Positions 12,298-26,549 of a stretch of DNA of 64,000 nucleotides are shown piece after piece. A model generated the notes under the pieces. It was not told the DNA's origin and searched no databases. It saw nothing but the letters and a program-made list of their open reading frames with translations. This DNA comes from Eledone cirrhosa (Eukaryota): the NCBI GenBank assembly GCA_964016885.1, contig OZ024740.1, forward strand, positions 113,336,001 to 113,400,000, in the 5' to 3' direction. Within the stretch, counting starts at the first letter, position 1, and the number at the start of each line of letters is the position of its first letter. The position numbers and the translations under genes are program-made.

Positions 12298-15200
12298 GGC
12301 GACCTACGTAGTAAATCGTATCATCGTGAGCTCCGCAAAGGTTTGTTATTTCCGTTTGTTAAAAATTGTCATTTATGGAAAATTTTATTGTTAACTGTTT
12401 ATAAGCGCACATACATTGTTTTCCGAAAGGGACACCCAAAAAGATTGGGGCCTTGTGCCCAAAATTTAAACTTTTATTATTATCAAAAAAATTTCTTTGA
12501 AAAAAATGGATAATTCACCTCTGCACGAAGCAGCTGAAAGCCTTCCTCGCAAATTAACACCTCACACCGACACCACCATTGTAAATGTTACTACGTTTGC
12601 CAACACAAAAAAAAATATAAGCACTAGCAATATTTTAAATTTGTCTCAGGCAGACATTCATTTCCCGCCATTACCAATGACTGCAGGTGTTAAAGCCTCC
12701 ACCACCACCACCACCACCGCGACAACCACCACCACCACCACCACCGCGACAACAGAAACAAAAGAAGAAAATTAAATTAACACGTGATGTCGAAATGAAA
12801 TCAAGCAAAATGGACTCTTCCCCACCAAAGACGACTGACGTCACCACCACCACAACTGAAACTAAAATTAATATTAACGATAGCAACAACAACGACAATG
12901 ACATTATAACCCCCCCCCCCCAGTTTCGCCAAAGTAGCAAAACAGTTCGAAGCATTTACGGTAACTCAGGAGGATTTAGAAAATGCCAAACAAATGGTAA
13001 AGAAAGATGGGTACAGGGTCAGCCTCACCCCCACCTAATAAAATGGAGCATCGGCGCCTATGCACCGTGTCGTATAGAACAATAAATGTAAAATCGCGCC
13101 GAGTGGAACGGGCATCCGAGTCCCAAATCCAAAAAGCTTTGGGACATGTGTGGGCAAGAAAAACCCACATCAGACGTGGGCAAAAGTATGGAACCGTGGA
13201 CGTGTTCTTTGAAACACCAGAGGAGGCTAGAGAACACTCCATGGCCCCATTAAGAAGTGACGACTTCACACTCGTCCCAAGCTATTGTGGCCAGAGACTC
13301 GTAAAGATCAGGGTGACCCACGTTCCACCGGCCATCGAAATTCCCTGGCTAATAGCGGCTGTCCTCGCCGGTATCGAAGCCAACACGAAAATAATAGCAA
13401 TAGCAAAAGAAAAGCAGGAGAACTGGTCCGGATCTGGGATGGAGCTCCTGATCAGAGCGGACCAAAAAAGCATTGAGGAGATCCCAGAGGTAATAGACCT
13501 CACTGACGGCAGCCACCTCACGGTAATTGTCGAGGGCAGAAGACCTAGGTGTGTCGTTTGTGGTGAAGGAACCCACCTAAGGGCTTTCTGCCCTCAGGCT
13601 AAAAGGTTGAGGCCACCTCTCTTACCCACCCAGTGACACAACCATCAACACCACCAGTAGCAGAGATGGCAGCAACAACTGTAGCAGCAACAACAGAAGC
13701 AACTATAACAGCAACAACCCCAGCAACAGTAGCAAAACCAACACCACCACCACCACCAGCAAAACCAACACCACCACCACCCAACGCTTCAGAACTAGCA
13801 CCAGCGCCTACACCATCCACCACGCCACAACCAAAACTAACGGCTGTGGAGGATTTTCTACTCCCCGGCCTATCACAACTGGAGACAGATTGTGACGACG
13901 AGGAGTGGGAAAAGATATCCGGAAAAAAAAAAGAAATCAAAAAAGAAAAAATTCTCTTCCTTCCCCCTCCAAAAACAAAATACAGAGGGAAACAAATAAA
14001 TTAAGAAACAAAAAAGTTAGGACAGATATGCCACCATCCACACCAGCATCACCAACCCCATCAACCCAAACACCAACACCATCACCATCATTAACCCCAA
14101 CACCACCATCACCTACACCACAAAAGTCACCGAAATGCGAAACAGAAACAAACCCACAACAAACGCAAACAAAACAAAACAACCAAAACGATACACACTA
14201 CACAGCATTAAATTTGAACAACAAGCAATTATTACACTACATCCAACACAACACCAGCATCACAGAAAAAGACTACACAACAACCCCAAAATTCACACCA
14301 CCTCCACACATACAAATCACTCGCATCACACAGAAAACGTACATGACACTAAAACAAAAATTCCCCAAAGACATCGGAGACTTCCGACAAGCACTCTCCA
14401 GGAGGATTTATAAAGACATCCTTCCTGAGGAGGCCACAAGCAGTGAAAAGGATGGAAAAACCGTCCTTCCCCTACGAGAAGTAAGGTAAGTGGTATTTCC
14501 CATCTTTTCCACTCCTTTTCAACATGACCTCACTCAGAATAGGTAGCATAAATGCGCGTGGCTTGGGGTCGTCATGGAAGCAGGGCCACCTGCTCAACGA
14601 CCTCAGGTCACTAAACATAGATGTAGTGGCCATCAGCGAGACCAGAATCTCCGAAGCACAGGCTTTCGCACCGATCTTTGGCGGCTACGATGTGTACGTA
14701 TCTCCCAGCCGTCCGGGATCGGGGGGGAGGAGTTGCTGTGCTTTTTCGGAGAGGTTTGGATCTTGCCATACGGGCCATCTTCCTGGACCCAGAAGGTAAG
14801 TTGGCGTGACCAGCGGAGACGGCCAAGCTTTCAGGTTAGTGGCCGTCTATGCCCCGACAGGAGCAGGGCGGCCTGATTTTCTTCCGGCGTCTGGAGACCT
14901 TTCTTGGAACGTCCCGCTCTTTAGTGTTAGTGGGCGACTGGAACGGGATCTTAGATGCACGCTGGGATTGTGTGGGATTAGTGGATAGGGAAGGAGGGTG
15001 CAAGAGTCTCACCAACCTGCTCAGACGTTTTGAACTGTCTGACAGGTACCGAATGGATTTCCCGAATGTACCAATGTGGACTTGGACAAATCGCATAGGG
15101 TCATCCAGATCATATCTAGATAGAGTATTTTGTAGGGAAATAGATAGGTCTAGCATAGCATGTCCACAATTCAAGATAGTCAGCTACACGGACCACAAAT

Positions 15201-18174
15201 TCGTGATCTGTGTGCTTGACTTAGATAGGCTTCATAGACGAGGACCCGGTTACTGGAAGCTAAACGCGTCCTTACCAGCGCGCAAGGCCTACAGAGACCG
15301 GATTAGCGAACTAGTTAAGCGGGCGTTGACGGGGGCCATCGTCAACAACAAGTGGTGGTTTGCTCTGAAAAGAGCGATTAGAATAGAATCCATTAGGTTT
15401 AGGAAGGCTTTAGCAATAGAGAAAAATAGAGCAGAGGGAGAACTAGTTAGAAAATTAGACGAGGCGCTTAGCAAAGGCATTGCGACCGACGGGCTTGCGG
15501 CGAAATTGGCCCTTGACCAATTCTTCAATGCAAAGCACGAAGGCTGCGTTGTCAGAGCAAGGGTGCTTGCTCTCAGACACGAGGGGACGAAAGCCGTTCA
15601 ATGGGTCCGAGTGGTGGAAGCGTCGTGGCAACAAAGCCACGATCCGGTCTTTGGTGGACCACGACGGGCGCATGCTACTCGATCCCGGGCAAATGTGTGA
15701 AGCTTTTCAGCGACACTTCGCTCACCTGTTCGGGGGCAGCGGTGGGCCGGGTCGAGGGATGGACTTTAGTGTCTACCTCGACGGACTGCCGCGGCTCTCG
15801 GCCACTGAGGCGAAGTGTTGCCAAAAGCCGATAACAGCCGCTCAAGCAAGGGAGGCAATGATTGGCTGCACAAGGGGTAAATCGACTGGTTTGGATGGTC
15901 TGCTCTATGAACTTTACGTACAGATTCCAGACTTGTTCGGAGGACTCTTGGCGGACGTCTACTGCAACTGGCAACAGAACGGGAGAATTCCCAGTTCTGT
16001 GAGCCGAGGAGCGGTGGCACTGCTGAGAAAGGATCCGAACAAGGGGGATAACATAGATAATTTCAGGCCCATAACTCTGCTAAACACAGAGTTCAAGATT
16101 TTGTCCAAGGTGCTAGCAAAGAGGTTGGCGCTTGTCGTTGGTGGTCTGGTGGGAGAGGCGCAAACATGCGCCATTCCCGACAGATCCATCCACGACAACC
16201 TCCACCTCACGCGATACATCGTAGAGAGGGTAGCTAGGGAACCTGGCACGGGTGGGTCTTTGATCAATTTAGATCAGTCGAAAGCTTTCGATAGGGTCGA
16301 CCATCGTTACATAGCGGCAGTCTTGAGGGCGGCTGGCTTTGGGCCCGTCTTTAGAGGCTGGATCGCTGCCATGCACAGCGACATCTGCTCTGTGGTGAGA
16401 GTGAACGGTCACCTGTCGGAACCGTTCAACATCATGCGCTCGGTCCGCCAAGGATGTCCCCTCTCGTCCCTCTTGTACGTATTGACTCTCTAGCCATTAC
16501 TGCACAAACTGAAGACGTTGAGGGGCATCCCGCGCGAACTAGGATGCGGAAGATCCGTGTCAGCATATGCGGACGATGTCACCGTAGTGGTGTCGAACGC
16601 CAAACACATCGGCACTACACTAAGAGAATACGAAGCGGTGACAGGAGCAATGATCAACCAGGAAAAGTCAGTGGGCCTGCAGCTCGGCACCTGGAGAGGC
16701 AGGTCCATGCCGTCCAATAGCGTCGTCGGACGCTGGACGGACGGACCGGTTAAATTGCTAGGGCTCTGGTTCGGTCCGGACCTCCAGACGGACAAAAACT
16801 GGGACGAGGTGACGAGCAGGGTGGCTTCTCTCACCCAGAAATGGGCCGAGAGGAAGCTATCCCTGAAAGGTCGAGCGGAGGTGGCTAATGCGTACATCGC
16901 GTCCGTCATCTGCTACCGCCTGACCGTCGTACCTTGTCCTAAGCCTCGCCTGACTGCGCTGGAGCGTTTGCTCTTTCGCTTTTTGTGGAAGGGACGCACT
17001 TCGATGGTCACGCGGTCCATCTGTTGTCAACACCCGCTACGTGGAGGGCTGGGCATGCCGTGGCTGATGATGCGCAGGCACGCGCTCAGGCTACGACATC
17101 TCCACCTCTTCCTCGACGGTGATCAGGTGTAGTCGCCGTTTGCTAGACACGTATTTCCCCAGCTCGTTTCCTTGACGGAGCTGCAGTCCTGGGTCAAGCG
17201 AAGACCGAGAGGGAGCGCCTGGAGACTGGAATGTCTTCAGGCGCTCACAGCCCTCGACCAATCGGGCAATGTGATCGGTGGAAACTCCACCTCGGCGTTC
17301 TATAGAGGATTAGTGGAGGGGAAGAGCGACGACGTACTTGGGGAAACTCTAGGTGTCGACGAAAATCAACTAGCCAATCTCTTCGGAAGAACTTTCGGGC
17401 CAGGGCCTATGGACAACTTCCAGAAATCTCTGGCCTGGAAGTGCTACCGAGGAGCCTTGCAAGTTCGGTATAAACTCTACAGGCATGGAGGTGCTGTCAG
17501 CCGGGCATGTCCGAGATGCGCGCAGGACGACGAAACCGTCCTGCACGCACTCGTCCAGTGTCCGAAAATTGCTGACTTGTGGGTTTATGTCGAACACCTG
17601 CTGTCGCGTTTAGGACGGATCCGGCTATCATCTGAGTCCATCGTGAGGATTGCCCCGCCCTCCTCCTTTAGCCGGGAAGGGCAGGCAGTTTTTATCTGTC
17701 TGGTGGCCATGATGAAAGAGATAGTATGGTGGACACGTTTGAAAGGGCTGAAGACGAGCACTTACCTCTTCGGTGATGCTCTGATTGACTTTTTCAAATT
17801 TCATTTGAAAAGGAAAATCAGAGTAGAGAGGGAAGTGCTCACTTCCCAGCATTTTGTTGAAAGATGGGTGAGAGAAGCAAGAATGGCCCGAGTGAATGGG
17901 CCTACTCTGAGGATATATCTGTAAATTAAAGGTGGAAAACTGGGAGAGGGCACTTGCCTTGGTGGTCAGGGTCATTGTGGATTTTTACTGGGCTTTCTCC
18001 ACAAATGTCCCTCGGAAGTCTCCCCCCTATTGGGGAATTTTTCATTGTTATTTTTTGTCACATCCTCTGTTTTTGTTTTTTACACGCAGAAATGCCCATT
18101 TGTACCGCCCTGCATTGTCCTGCACTGTCCTTAATGTCTACTTTATGTAAACCCTTGTGGCTAATAAAGAAATC
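12298..18174 (+). mobile_element. Full-length Tx1-clade LINE (copy 2) inserted in (ATT)n
   Basis: ORF1 12506-14489 with CVVCGEGTHLRAFC. ORF2 14524-17924 is APE-RT-CCHC with several frameshifts and stops. Ends CCCTTGTGGCTAATAAAGAAATC then ATT repeats. Confidence 0.93.
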
Positions 18175-18190
18175 ATTATTATTATTATTA

Positions 18191-19951
18191 TTGTTGTTAT
18201 TCCTTGAATCTCAGTCATTGATGTTGGTTAACTGGAAAGTCCGTTGGATTGAATATCAAGCCACTACCTGCAGCCTCAGATATTCAGGACGTATCGGAGG
18301 GTTCTTGCTCTTCCAAGCAAGCATGCCTTTTGAAGCGTTCCAAAAAGCGTGAAGGGGCCGATTTTCTTTAACCATCCCTGGAAACTTTTGGAGATAGTCC
18401 CCAGTGCGCCTATGACAATCGGGATCACTTTGACTTCATGGCAGTTCCAAATCCTTTTCACCTCCCACTTTAGGTCCTGGTATCGGTTAATTTTCTCCCT
18501 CTCCTTCTCTTGCACTCTCGTGTCGAACGGGCAGGCCACATCCACAATCAGACACGATCTTTTTTCTTTGTCCACAACCACCAGGTCAGGTCTATTGTGT
18601 TCCAGTTTTTTGTCCGTCTGTATCCTAAAATCCCACAGCACCTTCACCTGATTGTTCTCCATCACCGCCTCTGGCCTATGCTCATACCATTTCTCAGAAT
18701 GTGGTAAATTGTTTACTTTGCACAGGTGCCAGTGGATCACCCTGCCCATCACATCGTGTCTCCAGCCCTTATAGTGGGTCTGGGCTAGGTGTTTACACTC
18801 GGACACAATGTGAGCCACAGTCTCCTCTCTCTCTCCACAGATCCTGCACAGTGGGCTAGCCTCCTCCTTGTAGATATGGTGCTTCAACCACTTTGTTTTG
18901 AGGGCCTGCTCCTGCGCAGCCATTAGCATTCCTTCTGTAGCCTTTTTGAGGTCTCCTCTTCTCAACCAGTTCCATGTCTGTGGATCTCTAAATTCAGTTT
19001 TCTCAAAGAAGGTACTATGAAGGGATTTTCCCTTAAGGCTGCTCTTCCTCCTTGATGTTATTTCCTCCTTGGACATCCCCTGGCCTACTGTCCCCTCCTT
19101 CAGTACAGTTCTGAGCATTGGCTCCTTACTATAGGTCACGTATTTGTATAGGTTGTTTTTCTCCATCTGAACACAGTCCTCTATGCTGATAAGACCTCTT
19201 CCACCCTCAGATCTCCTTAGGTAGAGTCTATCGACATCACTCCTCTTGTGGAACATGTTGTAGATAGTCAATAGCTTCCTAGTCTTCCTATCCATTTCTT
19301 TTTGTTCAGCAACATTCCATCTCAGAATTCCCGCACTGTACCTAATAATAGACACAGCTCGGGAATTTACTGCGCTTATGGCATTTCTGCTGTTCAGATG
19401 TGACTTCAATACGCTCCTTACTCTCCGAATGTATTCAGTTCTTAACAATTCCTTCATTTTTTTGTTCTTTATGCCATCAGCCTCCAGAACGCCCAAATAC
19501 TTGTATCCTTCCTCAGAGTCAATTTCCTTTATCATCTCACCTGTTGGTATCTGGATCCCGTTACTTCTGCTCAACCTACCCCTCTTCATCACAATGACTC
19601 CACATTTACCAATACCAAACTGCATACATATATCACTGCTGAAAATACGGACAGTGTCAACAAGCACATCCAACTCCTTCTCACTTTTCCCGAAGAGCTT
19701 AAGATCGTCCATGAAGAGGAGGTGATTGATGGTAAGCTCTCCCCTTCCCAACTTGTATCCTGCTCTCACTTTTCGCAGCATAATGGTCAAGGGCATCAGG
19801 GCAAGGACAAACAACAGAGGGGACAGGCTATCTCCCTGGAAGATACCTCTCTTGATCTTCACGCTTCCCAAGGATACTCCAGTTGATGTCAACTCTGTCT
19901 CCCAGGACCCCATACTCCTGCCTAGCAACTGTCTGATGTTATCTGCCACCC
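18191..19951 (-). mobile_element. 5'-truncated Dong/R4-clade LINE, family A, in (TAA)n
   Basis: RT-CCHC-RLE ORF, short 3' UTR, TAA repeats on both sides on its own strand. Confidence 0.92.
18276..19949 (-). CDS. Dong/R4 ORF C-terminal half: RT, zinc finger and restriction-like endonuclease (uninterrupted 557 aa)
   Basis: RGIFQGDSLSP, HLLFMDDLKL, YKYLG, CRICGEREETVAHIVSEC, RHD, NRPDLVV..D..K (PD-(D/E)xK), KY.DL. Confidence 0.9.
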   Translation of the reverse strand: MADNIRQLLGRSMGSWETELTSTGVSLGSVKIKRGIFQGDSLSPLLFVLALMPLTIMLRKVRAGYKLGRGELTINHLLFMDDLKLFGKSEKELDVLVDTVRIFSSDICMQFGIGKCGVIVMKRGRLSRSNGIQIPTGEMIKEIDSEEGYKYLGVLEADGIKNKKMKELLRTEYIRRVRSVLKSHLNSRNAISAVNSRAVSIIRYSAGILRWNVAEQKEMDRKTRKLLTIYNMFHKRSDVDRLYLRRSEGGRGLISIEDCVQMEKNNLYKYVTYSKEPMLRTVLKEGTVGQGMSKEEITSRRKSSLKGKSLHSTFFEKTEFRDPQTWNWLRRGDLKKATEGMLMAAQEQALKTKWLKHHIYKEEASPLCRICGEREETVAHIVSECKHLAQTHYKGWRHDVMGRVIHWHLCKVNNLPHSEKWYEHRPEAVMENNQVKVLWDFRIQTDKKLEHNRPDLVVVDKEKRSCLIVDVACPFDTRVQEKEREKINRYQDLKWEVKRIWNCHEVKVIPIVIGALGTISKSFQGWLKKIGPFTLFGTLQKACLLGRARTLRYVLNI

Positions 19952-20299
19952 TATTATTATTATTATTATTATTATTATCATCATCATTATTATCATTGAT
20001 TGGTCAACATTCCAGTTCGAAATAGATTCCATTCTTAAATTCTGTATTCATACATATAGTAATATTCACAGCAGCTAAGTTCGAATGCAAATGAATTTGC
20101 GTCCTAAATATACTGGCTACTGTTGTGAAGCAATGCAGTCCCCGCAAGGAACAAATAATTAAATGAAAATGAATACAAATTATCACTAAAGACTAGAATC
20201 TAAATTCAATATCAGATAACTACGTAAATAGCATACTATGTAGAAACTTTTATTGTTTCGACTCTCCCACTCTCTCTCTCTGTATATATATACATATAT

Positions 20300-20300
20300 T

Positions 20301-20386
<86 letters not shown>
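20300..20386. repeat. (TA)n(TG)n microsatellite
   Basis: Directly visible. Confidence 0.95.
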
Positions 20387-20387
<1 letters not shown>

Positions 20388-20779
20388 ATTTCTCTCTTTC
20401 TCCTGCGCAATAAAATCTCGCTTGGTCATGATAATTTTCCGTTAGAAGAGGATAGTTCAGTATTCCATGTAGAGGGTCTAAATAAAATAAATATTCCACA
20501 ATATTTAATTTTATCACTTTCCAACCTGAGTTCAATTCCTTCCGAGTATGATTAACCTTTCATCCAATTGCTGTTGATAAATAGACACCATAGCAAAATC
20601 TTATTTCAAATTTAATCACTTTGACCATCCTCTCTTCCTGAAGACATTTCTATACCCTTTATAATGAACATGATTAGATATTTTCAAAGTAGCTTGATTC
20701 GTAGAAACTGTTGGACATCATAGTGTATGCTTGAAAACATGTAGTTTCGTCGTCTTTTTGTGTTGGATTATTTATCCTC

Positions 20780-21360
20780 TATGGGAGCGGTGGACTGGCA
20801 GTATCGGTAGAGCGTCGGATAAGATTATTTACAGCATATTTATGGCGGTGGATTGGCAGTATCCGTAGAAGGTCGGACGCCATCCTTTCCAGCATAGTTA
20901 CGTCCCTTTACGTTCTGAGTTCAAATCCCGCCGAGGTTAACTTTGCCTTTTATCATTACGGGTTCGATAAAATAAAGTACCAGTAATGCACTGGGTATTT
21001 GCTGGCCTTGTGCCCAAAGTAGAAACAATTTTTACAGTATACATTTACAGCCCTTTACGTTCTGAGTTTAAATCGTGCTGAGGTTAGCTTTGCTTTTCAT
21101 CCTTACGGTATCGATAAGATAAAGTACCAGTAACACCCTGGGGTCGATTTAATCGACGTTCAACACCCAAAATTGTTGTCCCTGTACCTAAATCAGAAAC
21201 CATTATTTAGTGTTCATGGCGGTGATTTGGCAGAAGCGTTAGAACATCGAACGGAATGTCTTCCAGTATCTATTCCACATCTAGGGTTTCTAAGTTCAAA
21301 TTCCATCAAGTTAAATATTACATTTCATGATATCGGGTTCAATAAATAAAGTTGAACACC
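20780..21360 (+). mobile_element. Head-to-tail cluster of about 4 tRNA-type SINE copies or fragments
   Basis: Repeated ggcggtgga.tggcagtatc head (20786, 20844, 21217), gttcaaatccc box, core and tail (21001-21030, 21178-21208). Confidence 0.85.
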
Positions 21361-22072
21361 AGGACGATGGAAGGTAAGATGGTCTTTAGAGAGCCAGAAA
21401 GGAAGTCTTTCCGTATTTGTTTCGATTCTTTCTATTCTGGGTGAATTTCGCTAATGGAAAATGTGAAAGCCCGTCAGCTGAATTATACCTGGAAATTTAA
21501 ATGTTCAACTCTGTAGAATATTGTCACTGATTCTGCTTGAGAACTGCATGAGAACTACATGAAGTACACGTATGTCAGTCACTTACACATTAATTTAACG
21601 ATTAGAACGTCAAGTGTTTACACAATTCAATACTCGTCACCAAAAAACGACGGAGGATCTATCAGTGGGAAAATGTATGTATAGAGAGTGTGTTAGTAGA
21701 GCCCAGATTTGAAGTAGGAGGGATGAGTAAATGAGCCAATGCAATGATGAAGGCAACATATGTGTATGGGTTTGCATGTGTGTGTGTGTACCTCATTTAG
21801 TATAAGCTGTCATGGTGAGAGAATTAGATAGAAGAGCAGTTGCTTAGATAGCGTATATACCAAAATCTTGCATTATAACTTGCATTATAGAATTTTATAT
21901 GAATTTATCAAGAATGAATATGTCTGTTAATGTTAAATGTTGATGCTTAGCCTCAGTTTCATCCCTAACTTAATACAGAAGTCACATTTCAGCATGAGTA
22001 TGGGACGTGACAAAATAAATATTATATTTGAGCTTTTTACATATATACACGCTCACCAACACACACGCTCAC

Positions 22073-22214
<142 letters not shown>

Positions 22215-22720
22215 GTTATACACATATATATTACCATTTCTTTTCCCATAATACCACGTATTTGTAAGCTGTTTACATAGTATAACCATGAGTTGTGCAT
22301 GTAAACACCCACCGCTGTTATGTGTAGTATGCGCATATGCTTTCTTATGTGATTGTATGTGAGTATGCTTGTGTGCGTATTCTTAACCGTACGCAGTGGT
22401 AAGAAATTGAATTAAAATTTTAATCCTATTTCTGTTAACAATAACCACATGGGGATGAATTATTATGTTTCTTATATGAACGCAGATAGTAAGCTATCAC
22501 ACATTAATAAGAATTTATGCAAGTTTCTTTCGAAATATTGTCGTCTTAAAATGCCACCAGGAAATAATTTCTATAGCAGCAGAAAGTTAATTCAGTTTTA
22601 ATATAGGTATAGATGTTAGAGGATGTAATAACACAGCAGAGCAGAATTACTCTTGCCTTGCCGTGAAATTGACCAATTATTTAATAGAGATAACTTCAAG
22701 CAAAGATAACGAGAATTATA

Positions 22721-22769
<49 letters not shown>

Positions 22770-22900
22770 GTATATATCAGAATGGAGGCAGTAAAAGCCA
22801 ATTAGACTATTACTCACCAGAGTACTCGATACTTGGGGTAGTAGAGTGGGTAATATGTAAAATTCGACCCCGACGGCTGAGCTCCGGCCTTTTCAACAGA
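22770..22900 (-). repeat. Second copy of the 8583-8726 repeat family, embedded in (TA)n
   Basis: Reverse complement ggccggagctcagccgtcggggtc...tattacccactctactaccccaagtatcgagtactctggtg matches 8608-8690. Confidence 0.8.
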
Positions 22901-23788
22901 ACCGAATTTTTATATATATATATATATATTATATTATATTATATTATATTATATTATATTATATTGTATCATATTAAAAAATATAGCTATCATAATTGAG
23001 AAAATCTCAAACATGCACCCTATCACCTGTAGAATAATCTCAAATAAAGATTCGAAGGAAAGAATCCGAGCATTTATTATAAAGAAATATGATTGACTCA
23101 TATACATATATATCGAATGACATACATTCATAAACTAATGTATCAAACTTTAACAAAAGATAATCTGTAGAGAATGTAACAACACATAGCTCCGTGAGGT
23201 AACATATTAAAATGTAATAAAGAGAAATTCAAATATAGATACCTGGCAAAAATTAATTATATTTCTTCGTATATATCCCTTTTTCTATTAGAATATTTTT
23301 TTTATCTTATTCTACAAGTGATAGGGCGCATGTTTGAGATTTTGAATCTAATATAATTATGCTGCTTAATTCTTTTTTAGTAGAGCTGTTACACAGTTCA
23401 GAGGTTTGGCTGCTATTTCTAGTTATTGATAAAATCTTTCACTACACTAAGACCTCGAACGGTGCGTTGATTTGTTTTCCTGTTAGTCTCTGCTGTGTAC
23501 TTCAAGTATGCAAGTTCAGATAGATCGCTTTCCTTCGATGACGATCCTGATTGATCACTGAACTACACTTTATATTTGGTGAAATGTATTTCGGACTTAT
23601 AGAGGGATACATATGAAGGAATATAATTAAATTTTGCCAGGTATCTATATCTGAAGTTTTTTTTTAAATTAAATTTTATTATGTTAACTAACGGAACAAT
23701 GTGTTCTTACATTATCTACAGATTATCTCCTGTTAAAGTTTGCTATATTATGTCATTCGATATATATGTATATATGACAATCATTATT

Positions 23789-24392
23789 TTGGCAGTATCG
23801 GTAGTGGATCGGACGCCATGCATTGACGCATTGAGTTACGGCCCCTGGAATTCTGAGTTCAAATCCCGCCGAGGTTAACTTTGCCTTTCATCCTTACGGG
23901 GTCGATACAATAAAGTACCTGTAATACACTGGGTATTGCTGGCCTTGTGCCAAAAGTAGAAACAATTATGTATGTGGTGGATTGGCAGTATCGGTCGAGG
24001 GTAGGACATCATACTTTGCAGCATAGAGTTACGGTCCTTTACGGTCTGAGTTCAAATCCTGCCGAGGTTAACTTTGCCTTTCATCCTTACGAGGTCGATA
24101 AAATAAAGTACCAGTCACGCACTGGGGTCGATTTAATCGACTTTCCCCTCCCCCAAAATTGCTGGCCTTGTGCCTAAAGTAGAAACAATTATTATCTATG
24201 TGGTGGATTGGCAGTATCGGTAGAGGGTCGGACGCCATGCTTTGCAGCATAGAGTTACGGTCCTTAACGGTCTGAGTACAAATCCCACCGAAGTTAACTT
24301 TGACTTTCATCCTTATGGGGTCGATAAAATATAGTACCAGTTATGCACTGGAATAATTGCTGTCCTTGTGCCAAAAGTCGAAACAATTATTA
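23789..24392 (+). mobile_element. Three head-to-tail tRNA-type SINE copies
   Basis: Units about 23789-23968, 23971-24193 and 24196-24392, each ending gccttgtgcc.aaagt.gaaacaattat(t). Confidence 0.9.
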
Positions 24393-24547
24393 TACATATA
24401 TATATTGAGAATTCCAACATAATATTCAATTCTAAGGTTCTATTCCGGCAACAGCTTCTTTTACGTGAAATCCGCAAACAGCGACAATGTGGCTGGACGA
24501 ACACTCTGAAGTTAAGTTGAATTTGTCAATGTAAAATAAGTAAATAA

Positions 24548-24583
<36 letters not shown>

Positions 24584-24720
24584 GGGTGAAAGCAGCGATT
24601 CTTTGCTTAAACTTTAATCTGTTATTTTGATAAATATTTGCTCTACGGTTCTTATATATTTGATATATATTTATCCTTATCGAACCCTCTTTGGATTTTA
24701 GTCTTCAAATTTATTATTAT

Positions 24721-24802
<82 letters not shown>

Positions 24803-24805
<3 letters not shown>

Positions 24806-25149
24806 AAAGAGAAAACACAGGTAAGCATTAAAAAAAGGATTTTATCCAGGTATTTACGACCGTTTCATTATTAAGTGCAACCTTATATTGCTATACTGCA
24901 AATAGCAGCCACTCAACAATAATTGTTGTACACGTGCAAATTTTCAAAATATTTTGAAACGGTCGTAAATACCTGGGTAAAATCCTTTTTTTAATGCTTA
25001 CCTGTGTTTTCTCTTTTATCCATTATACTCCAAGATTGAACGTCATTCTTACAAACTTGTGGAGTTACCCCTAACCGTACGTTGAAACCGTCCATGAAAC
25101 TGACTTTCTTAACCACGAACTGGATTACAATAAGCAATTTTCTGCTTCC

Positions 25150-25152
<3 letters not shown>
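24803..25152. repeat. 65-bp inverted repeat element with tail, between (GA)n and (TA)n; possibly PLE-derived
   Basis: Arms 24803-24867 and 24955-25019 are reverse complements with one mismatch. Confidence 0.75.
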
Positions 25153-25208
<56 letters not shown>

Positions 25209-25434
25209 CTATATATATATATATATACAGATATATGTGTGTATTTGTATATATGGATATATAAGCAACTATTGCACCAACAATGCGTATAGATATATGA
25301 TTTTTGTCGAATGAAATAGTTCTAGTCCTGTAAAAGCCATTTCTATATTAAATATTTATACTCGAGTATGTATTGAGTACCTTCCTTCCTGTGGTTACAC
25401 CCGTTGAACCCGGGATAAACTTATATATATATAA

Positions 25435-25515
<81 letters not shown>

Positions 25516-26313
25516 CGCGCGTGTCTCTCTGTGTGTCTGTATGTAGGTAATGAATTCGTGAAACTGTCAGAAATCAAATATTTGCGTTAATCGTTTCAGC
25601 TCTTGACGAGGTCGATCCAAAAATTAACAGTTGATTCTTCGTATATATCTGTATATATATAAAGACGAAGTTTTCTGCATGTGTATGTGTATGAGGGTTC
25701 ATATATTCTAAATCATTTATGCGATTTCTTTGGAATTTTTTACAGAGTTTCTCTTTGCACAAAACCTGTACAGGGCCTACAAAGGCTTTCACATTCGATA
25801 TTGGGGCCTTTGGAGACAATAAAAACGTTTCGGTTATTTGTGTGAATTTTCGTGATTAAGTAAGACAAGAGTTATCTTTCATAATTCGGCTCATTCGGAT
25901 TTTAATTTACTCTTTGTACTTGAAACAAAAGGTACGCTTCCTTGAGACTAACAATATCATTTTGTATATTTCACAACCACCAATTTCTAACAGATTACTA
26001 AGTTAAGTTATAGATTTGACATTGTATAATTTATCGTTTCAAGCTTGATGTTCATACATTAAGTGATGTCATAACTTTTACAATATTATGCTTTGTACAT
26101 AATAGTGTCTATTATTCACTTCACTTCTCTATTTCATGATGTTATAAAAAAAGACACCGAGCTCACATATTTATTATTTCGCTGGAATAGTGCCTCGGGT
26201 TTTCATGTTTACATAAAGTATGTTTTTCTTCTATGTATTCAAATTTACTTTGTTTAGTTTAATGAGCTACATCGAAAGCTACTTGAACCGCCAAATGACG
26301 TGTAGTTTAGCTA

Positions 26314-26381
<68 letters not shown>

Positions 26382-26549
26382 TTCTCACTTTCTTTTGTTT
26401 TCTCCTCATCTGGAAGAAATCTGGTGTATTCGGAACTGGAGGAGAGACGTGCTCCACAATGTTTTAAATGTTTTAAAATATAAAGATCCAAGTAAAGCCA
26501 TATATGAATATGCCCCCCACCCCCAACGATTCGATGAAGAGTCGATGGC

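Noticed and set aside
12447-12470. ggccttgtgcccaaa in the Tx1 copy 2 5' UTR, identical to 15 nt of the SINE tail
   Set aside because: Short, and only partly conserved in copy 4 (ggttttgtgcccaa); cannot be distinguished from chance.
23789-24392. Tandem units suggesting a tRNA gene cluster or CRISPR-like array
   Set aside because: Units are about 200-bp SINEs with no full cloverleaf, no unique spacers and no cas genes.
26395-26520. Possible exon or degenerate GIY-YIG fragment next to the hairpin
   Set aside because: No convincing motif or splice pair.
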